Source: a bacterium (GTDB lineage: Bacteria > Patescibacteriota > Microgenomatia > Daviesbacterales > UBA10151). Taken from it: a DNA stretch of 64,000 nucleotides. Below, piece by piece: positions 27,931-37,351 of this stretch; positions within the stretch are counted from its first letter, which is position 1, and each line of letters begins with the position of its first letter. A program made the translations under genes and the position numbers. The stretch lies in assembly GCA_021786105.1 (NCBI GenBank), contig JAJYNW010000026.1, forward strand, positions 25,072 to 89,071, written 5' to 3'. A model generated the notes under the pieces. It made no database searches and was not told where the DNA came from. It saw only the letters and a program-made list of their open reading frames with translations.

Positions 27931-29838
27931 ATGGAGATAGAAAATGGATTTACAAAAGTAACTAATCTTTTTAAGAACTGTAAAGTTAGTTTAACTGTTC
28001 TTTCAGGAATAGCTTTAGTTTTTGGTCTTTTCTTAAGTTGGTTTAAAATTGCGCCTCAGCTCTCGCCCTTTTTGTATCTACTATCTTTGGCAAGCGGAGG
28101 ATTTTATGTATATAGAGAGGCGTTTGAAGGTTTCAAAAACAAAGCTTTCTTCAATATTAATCTTTTAGTAACAATAGCATCAATTGGAGCTGTTTTTATT
28201 AACCAGTGGGCAGAAGCAGCCTCAGTTGTTTTCTTCTTTTCACTGGCTGAAATGTTTGAGGAATTCGGTATTAAGCGCTCACAGCAAGCCATAACCAATC
28301 TTATTAAGGAATCACCCCAAAAGGCGAATAAAAAAGAGGTTAATAATATCGTCTCTATCTCTATCGAGGAAGTAAATATTGGTGATATCGTGGTGGTTAA
28401 ACCAGGAGACAAAATCCCATTAGACGGAAAAGTTGTTAAGGGAAATTCTGCAGTTGATGAAGCGGCAATTACTGGGGAATCACTTCCAAAAGAAAAGCTT
28501 GTAGGTGACTTAGTTTTTGCAGGAACCATGAATATGTCCGGCTACTTGGAGATTAAAATTACAAAAAGGTCGAAAGACAGCGTGTTATCAAAGGTGATTG
28601 CAACAATTGAGGAAGCGCAGGAGAAAAAAGCCCCATCGCAGGAGTTTATTGATAAATTTGCAGCTTATTACACACCTACAGTTGTCATTGGTGCTGTTCT
28701 TTTAACCATAGTTCCGGTTTTGTTGGGAGGAACATTTACACAGTGGCTGTACCGCTCCTTAACCCTTCTTGTTATTGCCTGTCCTTGCGCGCTTGTTATT
28801 TCAACCCCTGTTTCTGTTGCCTCGGCTATTGGTAGAGCTTCGCAAAAGGGATCACTCATAAAGGGCGGAAAATTTTTAGAAGCAATAGGAAAAGTGAAGG
28901 CTATCGCCTTTGATAAAACAAGAACATTGACAGAAGGTAAACCTATCGTTTCTGACATTCTTACATTTAATGGCTTTTCTAAAGAAGAAGTCCTCGCAGA
29001 TGCTTGCGGTATTAGTAAATTTGACACACATCCATTATCTTTTGCCATTAAAGTTAAGGCGGAAGAAGAAAGCATAAACCCTCATATTATGGAGAAGTTT
29101 AAGAATACCCCCGGAAAAGGCTCTAAGGCTAACTGTACTGTATGTGATGATTTAACACACTGTGTTGGTAATCTAAAACTCTTAAACAGTGAAGAAGTAA
29201 ATACCAAAGAAGTAGAGCATGTAGTTGAAAATTTGGCCAAGGAAGGCAAGACCACGATTTTAGTAAGTGAGGGTAAAGTAATGATGGGTGTACTAGGCAT
29301 AACTGACTCTATCCGTCCAGAAGCCATTGAGACGATTGGACAACTAAAACGGCTTGGTATTTCAAACTTTTCGATTATAAGCGGTGATAATGCTTATGCT
29401 GTTGATTATGTTGCACAAAAGCTAGGAGTTAATAATACCTTTGCTCAACTTTTGCCTGGGCAGAAATTAGAAACAATCGAAAAACTTAAACAGGAGTATG
29501 GAACTGTATCGATGGTAGGTGATGGCATCAACGATTCTCCATCCCTTGCCGCCTCTGATGTTGGAATTGCTCTTGGCTCTGCGGGGTCGGACGTTGCCAT
29601 TGAAACCGCTGATATTGCCCTTATGGGTGATGATTTAAGAAGGATTCCCTATCTTATTAAGCTGGGAAGACAAACAACTCAAGTAATCAAACAAAATATC
29701 TATGCTTCCCTTGGGATTAAGGCCATCTTTTTAACATTGGGAGTATTTGGGTTAACTCATCTAGGATGGGCAATAGCCGCAGATTCAGGGGTAGCACTCT
29801 TGGTAACGCTAAATGGATTAAGGCTTTTTAGAGCTTAA
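27931..29838 (+). CDS. P1B-type Cd/Zn ATPase (CPC motif)
   Basis: TGES, CPCAL, DKTRTLT, GDGIND. Confidence 0.93.
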   Translation: MEIENGFTKVTNLFKNCKVSLTVLSGIALVFGLFLSWFKIAPQLSPFLYLLSLASGGFYVYREAFEGFKNKAFFNINLLVTIASIGAVFINQWAEAASVVFFFSLAEMFEEFGIKRSQQAITNLIKESPQKANKKEVNNIVSISIEEVNIGDIVVVKPGDKIPLDGKVVKGNSAVDEAAITGESLPKEKLVGDLVFAGTMNMSGYLEIKITKRSKDSVLSKVIATIEEAQEKKAPSQEFIDKFAAYYTPTVVIGAVLLTIVPVLLGGTFTQWLYRSLTLLVIACPCALVISTPVSVASAIGRASQKGSLIKGGKFLEAIGKVKAIAFDKTRTLTEGKPIVSDILTFNGFSKEEVLADACGISKFDTHPLSFAIKVKAEEESINPHIMEKFKNTPGKGSKANCTVCDDLTHCVGNLKLLNSEEVNTKEVEHVVENLAKEGKTTILVSEGKVMMGVLGITDSIRPEAIETIGQLKRLGISNFSIISGDNAYAVDYVAQKLGVNNTFAQLLPGQKLETIEKLKQEYGTVSMVGDGINDSPSLAASDVGIALGSAGSDVAIETADIALMGDDLRRIPYLIKLGRQTTQVIKQNIYASLGIKAIFLTLGVFGLTHLGWAIAADSGVALLVTLNGLRLFRA

Positions 29839-29846
29839 TATGATCT

Positions 29847-30086
29847 TTACCTGCTAATCGTTGGTAATAAAACGTTTTCTGCTGGCTTTACGGCTTTTGT
29901 AGGCCTCTTTATAATCTTACCGGCAGAAACTAGATTATCTTTAGGACTTTTCTTTATTTCTTCGGCTTGCGCTTCTGTTACCTCAATAAAACGGCTTTTA
30001 TTTTCGTCAGCTATCACAGCGTCAAATTCTGCTTTGACAACAAATTGAATTTCGCCGTTTTCATCAAATTGTATAAAGTGTTTCAT
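29847..30086 (-). CDS. Small hypothetical protein whose 3' end contains boundary site B (29859-29887)
   Basis: RBS GAGGAG; follows the fibre-like gene. Confidence 0.6.
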   Translation of the reverse strand: MKHFIQFDENGEIQFVVKAEFDAVIADENKSRFIEVTEAQAEEIKKSPKDNLVSAGKIIKRPTKAVKPAENVLLPTISR

Positions 30087-30089
30087 TGT

Positions 30090-31265
30090 TTAGCTCCTCA
30101 TAAATAAGGCGTATACATCAAGCGAGATGGCCGCGTTAGAATCGCCGTCATAAAGATAAACTGTGTCTCGGTTGATGGTAATTTTTGGTATTCTGGTTTG
30201 CTTCCAATAGCCATTGATCCGAAAAACAATATCTGCCGCAATCTCCGATATTATTTGAATAATCCGATTGCTATCGAGTTTAACAGTCATGGTATAGCCG
30301 TTTCTGCCATCTGCGCCCGGACTTGAAATATCAAAGTACCTATTGGCGCTTGAGCCGTTGGCTCTTGCTCCGGCAATTCTTGCGGCTGTTGTGTTAGAAC
30401 TTTCAATATAAACTTCCACACTATCTGCACCGATAGGGATAAAAGAGGATAAATCTAAGTTTTGCCATGCAGAGTTTGTGGAATTTTGGGCGGAGGCGAG
30501 TGTTTCTGTAAAGTGCATACCAAGACCAGCCTGATCGAGTGTTGGAGTATTAAGATAAGCGCCCATGATAGAGATAAACTCATGGTCTGAAAAAACCGGA
30601 AAAGTTGCCGCAGAATAACCATTGGCATTTAAATTGCCGGTGAAATTAGCTCCTGCTTGGACTAAATAAAGATTAGTTCCCTTTACTAAGGCTCCAATTT
30701 TGAAAGCATCAAAATAAAAATTATAACCGGTGGACGCCGCGTTTTTATCGCTTCTTAAAACTATTTTAATCGTATGGCTTCCTGCAGAAAGCCCTGTTTT
30801 TTCATAAACCAAAAAGCGGGTTAAAAGCAATGCGGAGTAAAGATCAACTGTTGAATCAAGTACGTTGTCAATATAAATATCAATCTTGCCCATATACGGC
30901 CCTTTGGCCGAGAAAATGCCTATTCTGGTACCTGTAAACGAATAGATTAAATAATCAGCAGGCGTTAGGGTGGTGTGATAAGAGCGGTTGTAAAACTGCA
31001 TGGAAGAAGTGGAATAACTCCAACTTCCCACATAAGAAATAGCAGCGTCTAAATCATCAACAATTACTCTTAGTTTATCGGCATCAACAGAATTATTAGG
31101 ATGGTCTAGCTCACTTTGTGTCCGGTGAGATTCTAAAACCTCGCCTGTTTCAGAATGGGCGGACGGGTCTTGGTCGTGAGCCAGAATTTTATTATCTATC
31201 TCCTGTCCTATGGTTGTTGTATCTGTGGCGCTTTTTGCCAAAGCTCCCCAGCATATTGCAGGCAT
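30090..31265 (-). CDS. Putative virion/receptor-binding protein with carbohydrate-binding beta-sandwich
   Basis: Y-GSW...FTGTRI...IDIYID...VDLYS...GSHTIKI...FDAF module. Confidence 0.65.
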   Translation of the reverse strand: MPAICWGALAKSATDTTTIGQEIDNKILAHDQDPSAHSETGEVLESHRTQSELDHPNNSVDADKLRVIVDDLDAAISYVGSWSYSTSSMQFYNRSYHTTLTPADYLIYSFTGTRIGIFSAKGPYMGKIDIYIDNVLDSTVDLYSALLLTRFLVYEKTGLSAGSHTIKIVLRSDKNAASTGYNFYFDAFKIGALVKGTNLYLVQAGANFTGNLNANGYSAATFPVFSDHEFISIMGAYLNTPTLDQAGLGMHFTETLASAQNSTNSAWQNLDLSSFIPIGADSVEVYIESSNTTAARIAGARANGSSANRYFDISSPGADGRNGYTMTVKLDSNRIIQIISEIAADIVFRINGYWKQTRIPKITINRDTVYLYDGDSNAAISLDVYALFMRS

Positions 31266-31419
31266 TAAAAAACTCCTTTCGAAATTTCAACTTCATTTGA
31301 ACGTGACCGCACTATGGCCTTACCCCGTCCATACTCACTCCATAATGTCACCAAACCGGCTTTCAGTCGGTATAAAGTCTGCTCAAGATTTAGTATGTTT
31401 TGTGTTTCTCTCATACAAT

Positions 31420-32214
31420 TTACAATGCCGTACCCACTGGATACACACTTTCAACTAAAGCTCCGGCCGGAACCAAAACCTGCTCCCACGAAAGATTAAC
31501 TTGGTCGCAGTCCGGATCGGTATTATTAAGAACGCCGTTATAAGTAACCCACACATTATCAAACCAAAGATCGCCTGAAACATCGTTTAACTCCAAGGAA
31601 AGCTCCCAATTAGCAGGAACACCCAAAGGAAGCGGAACTGATAAACTTTGCGTTGCCCATCCACTTGCAAGAGGAATTGAAATAACATTTTCATCTGTAA
31701 TATTTTGCCCGCCATAATACCTGTTTGTTCGAAGGATTAGTTTTGCGTAAGGATTGCCGCCAGCAGAAGTTAAGTTTGATTTTCTGGAAAGTTGAAAGGT
31801 TAAAGGAAAAGTTGGTTTTTGATTTTTCGTTTGCCGGATTATAAGCGCAGTTGCACTCCCAGCTAAATTGATATGTCCTACCAAATACTGATGAAATAAA
31901 GATGGTGTTGCAAAACCACCAAGCAGATTTTTAATTCGATATGCTTGATCCTGAACAAAAAGGTTATAACCATTCATTCCCGGGACATTTCCGGCGTCAA
32001 GCCAGGACTGTCTCTGTGGAGCGCTAAATTCCGACCAGCTTTTGGAAACTGTAAATAAATAAGAAATCTCACGAAGACTGTAATAGCGGGAACGAGTCAT
32101 AAAACGGGGATTCTTGCCAATAGAACAGAAGAACGAAAAATCGTACATCTTCAAGGTCTTGTTATAATAAATCTCAAGACCGGCTGGTATAGTAATTCCC
32201 ATTATTCTTGGCAT
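31420..32214 (-). CDS. Putative virion protein: divergent coat-like N-domain plus beta-sandwich
   Basis: SKSWSEFSAPQRQSW...MNGYNLF; GDLWFDNV. Confidence 0.55.
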   Translation of the reverse strand: MPRIMGITIPAGLEIYYNKTLKMYDFSFFCSIGKNPRFMTRSRYYSLREISYLFTVSKSWSEFSAPQRQSWLDAGNVPGMNGYNLFVQDQAYRIKNLLGGFATPSLFHQYLVGHINLAGSATALIIRQTKNQKPTFPLTFQLSRKSNLTSAGGNPYAKLILRTNRYYGGQNITDENVISIPLASGWATQSLSVPLPLGVPANWELSLELNDVSGDLWFDNVWVTYNGVLNNTDPDCDQVNLSWEQVLVPAGALVESVYPVGTAL

Positions 32215-32224
32215 AGTATTTCCT

Positions 32225-32413
32225 TTACCCTACTGGCGGCGTACTTTTGACGCCAAAGTAAAAAGCCACAACTGCCAGAAGTACAGAGCTGACAACTCCA
32301 TCGTGTCCTAATCCGATTAAAACAAACGAGCCGATAACCACAATCATTGCCAAAATATCAGTTGGTTTCATTCTATCCAGAAAATTATAAAATTCTTTCA
32401 TATTCTGTTCCAT
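32225..32413 (-). CDS. Holin-like two-TM protein
   Basis: Two short TM helices, FYFG motif. Confidence 0.55.
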   Translation of the reverse strand: MEQNMKEFYNFLDRMKPTDILAMIVVIGSFVLIGLGHDGVVSSVLLAVVAFYFGVKSTPPVG

Positions 32414-32907
32414 AAAGTTTCGAAGTATCTAGTGAACTCTACTGCTACTTCTCTTGAAACTATTTTTATCGAAGCCTCATCATTAACTGTTACTGCACGC
32501 CTTGACATGTTATGCGATCCTAAAACTGTAATTTCTTGATCTATAATCCAAAGTTTGGCATGAGTAATAGGGGATGATGGCCCAAACTTTGCTAAAGCTC
32601 CGGCTTCTTGTAAATTTAAGATAGTGTTTTTGTTGACCGAATTTAGTGGATGTCTTGGATGTTCTTTGTTTAACAGAACTCGAACAGCAACTTTGCGCCT
32701 TGCGGCTTGCAAGACTTCATAGGAAAGTTGTTGAATACTTGAATCGTGGTCGTGATGATACCATTTCCACTCAAACTGAATAATATCTATACTCGCCTTG
32801 GCTTGCCGAACACAATCTGTGATCGTTCCAATGAAAGCTCTCCCCGGCAAAGGGGTAACTATAGCATTGATATTCTCAACCATTATTTTTGTTTGTAAGT
32901 CTTGCAT
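32398..32907 (-). CDS. PLD-superfamily (Nuc-like) nuclease
   Basis: HAKLWIID...GSHN single HKD motif. Confidence 0.85.
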   Translation of the reverse strand: MQDLQTKIMVENINAIVTPLPGRAFIGTITDCVRQAKASIDIIQFEWKWYHHDHDSSIQQLSYEVLQAARRKVAVRVLLNKEHPRHPLNSVNKNTILNLQEAGALAKFGPSSPITHAKLWIIDQEITVLGSHNMSRRAVTVNDEASIKIVSREVAVEFTRYFETLWNRI

Positions 32908-32934
32908 ACTTAAATTTTTACGCTTCCAAACCTA

Positions 32935-34905
32935 ATCGCAACTCCCAAGCGATGTACTACTAACGAAAGTTTGTCTGCGACACCATCGCTCGTGCCTCGC
33001 CTTATCGCTCGCCCTGCTTCGCAGGTCTCGCTTTGGCTTCGGCACTCGCTACCTTATGGGAAACTCCAACCTTTGTACTTTTCCCAAACCTTGGGTCGCT
33101 ATCGCGCAACCCAAACCGCCAACCTTAAACCCAATTGCGATTCGAAACTCCATCGCCCCCGACAATGCGCGCCGCCCGCCTACGGCGAACATATTTATAA
33201 GAAAAACTTGTAAGGAAAGGCGGCGCTAGGCGGGGGCTTGGGATTACCAAACATAACTCGCACCATTGCCTCTCTCGCCAAGCAAAGCTTGGCTCGTTCG
33301 GCTCCACAACTGCCCTTTGCTCGCAGTGCCTGGCCTCGCTTCGGGCAGCAGAAAAGGGTCGCTCGGTTCCCCCCGCCGCTTCTTCCCCCTAAAACCCCCT
33401 TCTTAGGCAACCCCCCTTAATCAAATGTATTGCCATATTAGGGGGAAGAACGCTCTTGGGGGGATTCTCGCTTAAAAAAGCAGGCAATAATCTATAGTTG
33501 CTTTTTTTACCCTTTCTCTGACGCTACGCAGCGGGAACCCTGTACATCCCGCTGCTTCGCTTATTCGGCGACTCGTCGGAGCCTCAATTTCTCCAACTCG
33601 TCGCCTCCAATTCCCATCGTTTACTGTTCATGTTGCTCTTGCAGGCGCGCTCGCTCCATCTCTTGCGGTCTTCGCTCGCTTGCCGTACCTGCTTTTTTAT
33701 CCCTTTCTGAACGCCGCTTTTTAAAAAGAGTTATCTTTTTGTATAAATCAAAACTTCTCCCGAAGTTTTTCAAGCGGTATTAAGCGGCGTTGAAGTGGAA
33801 TCCGCCAATAGCGGATATGGTGCGAGTAAAACCTATCATCGCCATATTCGGCGGCTGTGACCCCCGCTTATCGCTCACTCGCTTTTATTATATTTTTTAA
33901 GGTGCTCGTTCGCTGGGCGAGAGGGCGCCCTAGGGGGCGCCTCGCCCATGTCATTGCTTTCTAATAACGCTGTACAGTCTCTACCTCGCCGCCCGAAGTA
34001 GCGTTTTCTGAACCCAATCTCATCGGCGGGACGGCTACCTTTTAGGGTGGTTTAGTATCGCCTGCCTACGCGGGGGTGTGCCTTTTCCCCTCTCCTCCGC
34101 GTCGCTTCGCTCCTTGTCGGTGTCCCCCCTTCTGCGCAGGGGCGCTCCCTCTGGTCGCTTACCTGCTTGCGGGGGGAGCCCCCCTCGCCGTCGTATGGCT
34201 TGTGGAAACTCAACCGCTGTACCCGTGCGCCGAACCGCAATCTAAGCCTGTGGGCGCTCGCGCTTATCTTTTAATACTAAGGTCAACTTCGCGCTCGCTT
34301 GGGTTATCGGGGGCGCGGCGCCAAACCTCATATAAGTCGTGAAGTTTTGTGTTGGCGCGCCCCCTCTTTTTGGCTCGTGCGCTTCGCTCGGGGGGCAGGC
34401 AACAGCCGCCGAAAAGAAAAACAAAAGCGTCTGTTTTTCCCTGCTTTCGAGCTAGCGCTTAGCTTTCGTTAGGTTTTCAAAGTGCTTGTTCCCATTGGCT
34501 TCCGATGTTGCGCGGGACAAACTTTTGTCTGTTATCAAGGGCATACTGCCCGCGCTGAAAATTCTTATCGTCGCCGATTATAAAAATACTAATCATAAAT
34601 AATCATCAAATAAATCAATCATTTCTATTTTTTATTTAACCTAACATTTGGTTTAACGTTAAGTTTTTTTATTTTCTATCCCGGAGGGTAGATTTTTTGC
34701 AAACGGTCCCCCTAACCCCATTAACGCCGAAATGAGGCTAGGAGACCATCTGCGAGGAAAGTTTTATCTTTCCTATCCCGTCTGGGCTAGTTCCTCGCTG
34801 AACGGCTGGTGAGACTTAAAGAGTTTTTTTAGGACCCCCGGAGGGAATTGCACCACTCTCTTTTGGTCGCTCCCACCATGCAAACCCCAAGCGACCTGCC
34901 AGAAG
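32935..34905 (-). other. ~2 kb non-coding structured region (candidate ssDNA origin/packaging structure or large ncRNA)
   Basis: GC-rich, many nested inverted repeats, TCGC/GCGA strand bias, AT-rich spacer at ~34575-34680. Confidence 0.7.
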
Positions 34906-34908
34906 TGT

Positions 34909-35286
34909 CTATGTTTTCTTCTTGGCGCTCTTATCAATTTCTTCCATGTCCTCGTCTGAAATTTCAGGATTACCTTTATTCCATACCGGATTATCGCCGT
35001 CTATTTTTTGCACTTCATAGTGGACACTTTCGCCCTGCTTAACTTTAGTAATTTTGATGACTTCTCCCTCTTTTATTTCAGAAAAAAATAAAGCGATCCG
35101 AGATGCAGAGGATGTAAATAGTTTTTTCTCTCCGTCAACTTCGATAGAGTAGCGGGGATTTTCTTTGGTTGGGTCCCGAAAACTTGGCACCATTTTATAA
35201 CCGCAATAGATACCCACCGCGGATTCTCCGGGCTTTAACATTAAATAAGGACTATTCGCTTTGGCGTATTCTTCAAGCTCTCCCAT
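34909..35286 (-). CDS. Putative OB-fold single-stranded DNA-binding protein
   Basis: Beta-strand pattern with aromatic residues and acidic C-terminal tail. Confidence 0.55.
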   Translation of the reverse strand: MGELEEYAKANSPYLMLKPGESAVGIYCGYKMVPSFRDPTKENPRYSIEVDGEKKLFTSSASRIALFFSEIKEGEVIKITKVKQGESVHYEVQKIDGDNPVWNKGNPEISDEDMEEIDKSAKKKT

Positions 35287-35341
35287 AGTTTTATTAATTT
35301 TGGTGCCCGCCAGCTCCTGCCCTGAACCAGCGGGCATATCC

Positions 35342-35953
35342 TTACGGAATAACCAGAGTCTGATCCGGGTAAATTAAATCCGGATTTTGAATCTGGTCTT
35401 TGTTAGCGTTAAAAATGTCCTGCCAGCGATTACCATTTCCGTAAAACTTCTCGCTTATTTTCCAGAGAGAGTCTCCTGGTTGCACTCGGTAGTGGTGAAC
35501 AAGTTTGGCTTCATCAATGGCACTTCCTGTTGGTTCTTTGAGATATTTCATCGGGTCTGTCCAACCGCGCATACCCTCCGGTGTATCACCTTGAACTTTC
35601 ATCCCGAAGTGAAGATGGGGACCGGTCACAAATCCAGTGGCTCCACTTTCTCCGATCTGTTGACCTTTCGTAACATGATCTCCGATCTTCACAATAATTT
35701 TTGAAAGATGCCAATACAAAGATTGACCCCAAGAGTGTTTGATAATTACTCCCATTCCGTCTGAATCTGCTACATCATCATCGAAAATAATTTCTCCATC
35801 ATCTACTGCAAAAACTGGTGTACCTACAGAGGCTTTAAGATCAATTCCGTTATGCGGATAGCCAAACTGTTTCAAATACCAGTCAGTAGCCGCGCCGAAT
35901 GGCCAAGTAATAATCAATTCTCCTTCTAGTGGCTTTCCTATTTTTATTTCCAT
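35342..35953 (-). CDS. M23 peptidase-LysM cell-wall hydrolase (endolysin-like)
   Basis: HNGID, YWHL, TGPHLHF; YRVQPGDSLWKIS...LIYPDQTL; no signal peptide. Confidence 0.92.
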   Translation of the reverse strand: MEIKIGKPLEGELIITWPFGAATDWYLKQFGYPHNGIDLKASVGTPVFAVDDGEIIFDDDVADSDGMGVIIKHSWGQSLYWHLSKIIVKIGDHVTKGQQIGESGATGFVTGPHLHFGMKVQGDTPEGMRGWTDPMKYLKEPTGSAIDEAKLVHHYRVQPGDSLWKISEKFYGNGNRWQDIFNANKDQIQNPDLIYPDQTLVIP

Positions 35954-35954
35954 A

Positions 35955-36089
35955 CTATCCTTGCCATTTATCGCCGTAAAAGTGCTGCATTACTGCACAG
36001 GCCAATAAATAAACGACTTCCTGAATATCCCGCAGTTCCTCTTCTGACGAATTCGGATAAAACTTTTTAATCGCTTCTATCGGCAACAT
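35955..36089 (-). CDS. 44-aa hypothetical protein (absent from ORF track)
   Basis: Fills the gap between cro-like and M23 genes: MLPIEAIKKFYPNSSEEELRDIQEVVYLLACAVMQHFYGDKWQG. Confidence 0.55.
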   Translation of the reverse strand: MLPIEAIKKFYPNSSEEELRDIQEVVYLLACAVMQHFYGDKWQG

Positions 36090-36092
36090 AGC

Positions 36093-36341
36093 TTATTTGC
36101 CTTTCTCTGCTGCACTGATGTACCAGTCTTGAGCAGATATACCCAAAGCCTCACCGACTTTTTTAACATTTGATGGACGAGTGGGTTTTCCTTGTAGTAA
36201 TCTGTTGACTGTTTGTGGTGCAACTTCTGCTTCTAGTGCCAACCCCATTCTGGAAAGACCTTTTTGAAGACGCGCCTTGTCAAAAAGGCTGAAGTTTATT
36301 TTAAGCTCGTTATTGTTTAACTTATTTACATTATCATTCAT
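36093..36341 (-). CDS. Cro-like HTH regulator
   Basis: XRE-type HTH, divergent from the repressor. Confidence 0.8.
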   Translation of the reverse strand: MNDNVNKLNNNELKINFSLFDKARLQKGLSRMGLALEAEVAPQTVNRLLQGKPTRPSNVKKVGEALGISAQDWYISAAEKGK

Positions 36342-36471
36342 AAATGTTAGGAAGATTTAACAGAATAGAAACAGTTTATAAATTTATTCACTTTCAGTCA
36401 ATAAACTTTCTTTTAATTATTGTTGACAATTTTTAACTAATTTGCTACGGTATTATAAGAAGGTTATTTTT

Positions 36472-36933
36472 ATGAGCAAGAAGATAAAAGAAATGAAAAA
36501 ATCTCCACTAAGAAGTCCAGAAGAATTTAGAGATTTGGCAGACTACCTTTACTATTTGCGAACACACCGAAAGTTAAGTATGCGGGATGTCGAGCTTGCG
36601 GCTAAAGAGCTTCTCCGAAGAAAAATTATAAAAAAAGAAGGTCTTATTTCCTATGCGTATATCTCCAATATAGAAAGCCGCAGGGTAAGCAATCCCTCTC
36701 CGATTATTTTAAGAACCCTAGCTCTTATCTTTGGTGTAGATCAAGAAATGATGTTTGAAAAAGCTGGTTACCTTGATAAAAAAAGACCTAAAATAGAAGA
36801 TGACGTGGCTTTTACTTTAATGTTAAAAGAAGTTCCCAGAATGACAGATGATGAGAAACAATCGCTTTTAGACTATATAGATTTTGTTAAGTCTAGGCGG
36901 AGAAAATATGAGAAAGGCCCTAAAAAGGGCTAG
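36472..36933 (+). CDS. XRE-family repressor (ImmR/cI-like)
   Basis: LSMRDV...ISYAYISNIE...NPSP-IL--LA. Confidence 0.85.
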   Translation: MSKKIKEMKKSPLRSPEEFRDLADYLYYLRTHRKLSMRDVELAAKELLRRKIIKKEGLISYAYISNIESRRVSNPSPIILRTLALIFGVDQEMMFEKAGYLDKKRPKIEDDVAFTLMLKEVPRMTDDEKQSLLDYIDFVKSRRRKYEKGPKKG

Positions 36934-37351
36934 GGAAATTTTACAGCAATGTAATCTATCCTCTGCCCCAATAAATTTAGATAAAATTATAGAGCGTGAA
37001 GGCATAAACCTTGATGACTGGCGTTTTGCCGGAAGAATCAAAGAGGCTTACCTTGGCGATAGCATTGGCATAAAAAATTCAGTTAATCCAAAGAGGAGGC
37101 GCGAGTTAATAGCTCATGCACTAGGACATCATTTTCTTCATACGGGAAACCATTTATATTTTGAAGAACACGACCAGTTTGTTACTTTCAAACAAGAATA
37201 CGAAGCTCAATGCTTCGCGGCAGAACTTCTTATACCTACCTTAATACTCAAGCCGCTAAAAACTTGGCCAGTCCACGAATTAGCCGAGCATTTTTCCGTA
37301 ACCGAAGAATTAGTAAAATTTCGCTTAAAAGTTTTAGAGGGGGAATCATAA
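36908..37351 (+). CDS. ImmA/IrrE-family metallopeptidase-like protein (HALGH variant)
   Basis: RRR-LIAHALGH...EYEAQCFAAELLIP. Confidence 0.85.
   Translation: MRKALKRAREILQQCNLSSAPINLDKIIEREGINLDDWRFAGRIKEAYLGDSIGIKNSVNPKRRRELIAHALGHHFLHTGNHLYFEEHDQFVTFKQEYEAQCFAAELLIPTLILKPLKTWPVHELAEHFSVTEELVKFRLKVLEGES

Noticed and set aside
17623-29887. Boundary repeats as integron attC sites or a CRISPR array
   Set aside because: No attC-type hairpin, no IntI or cas gene, no regular spacing; no CRISPR array seen anywhere in the window
32971-34424. Six short ORFs in the GC-rich region
   Set aside because: They overlap on both strands, have Arg/Pro/Gly-rich composition unlike real genes here and lack RBS; by-products of GC-rich palindromic sequence
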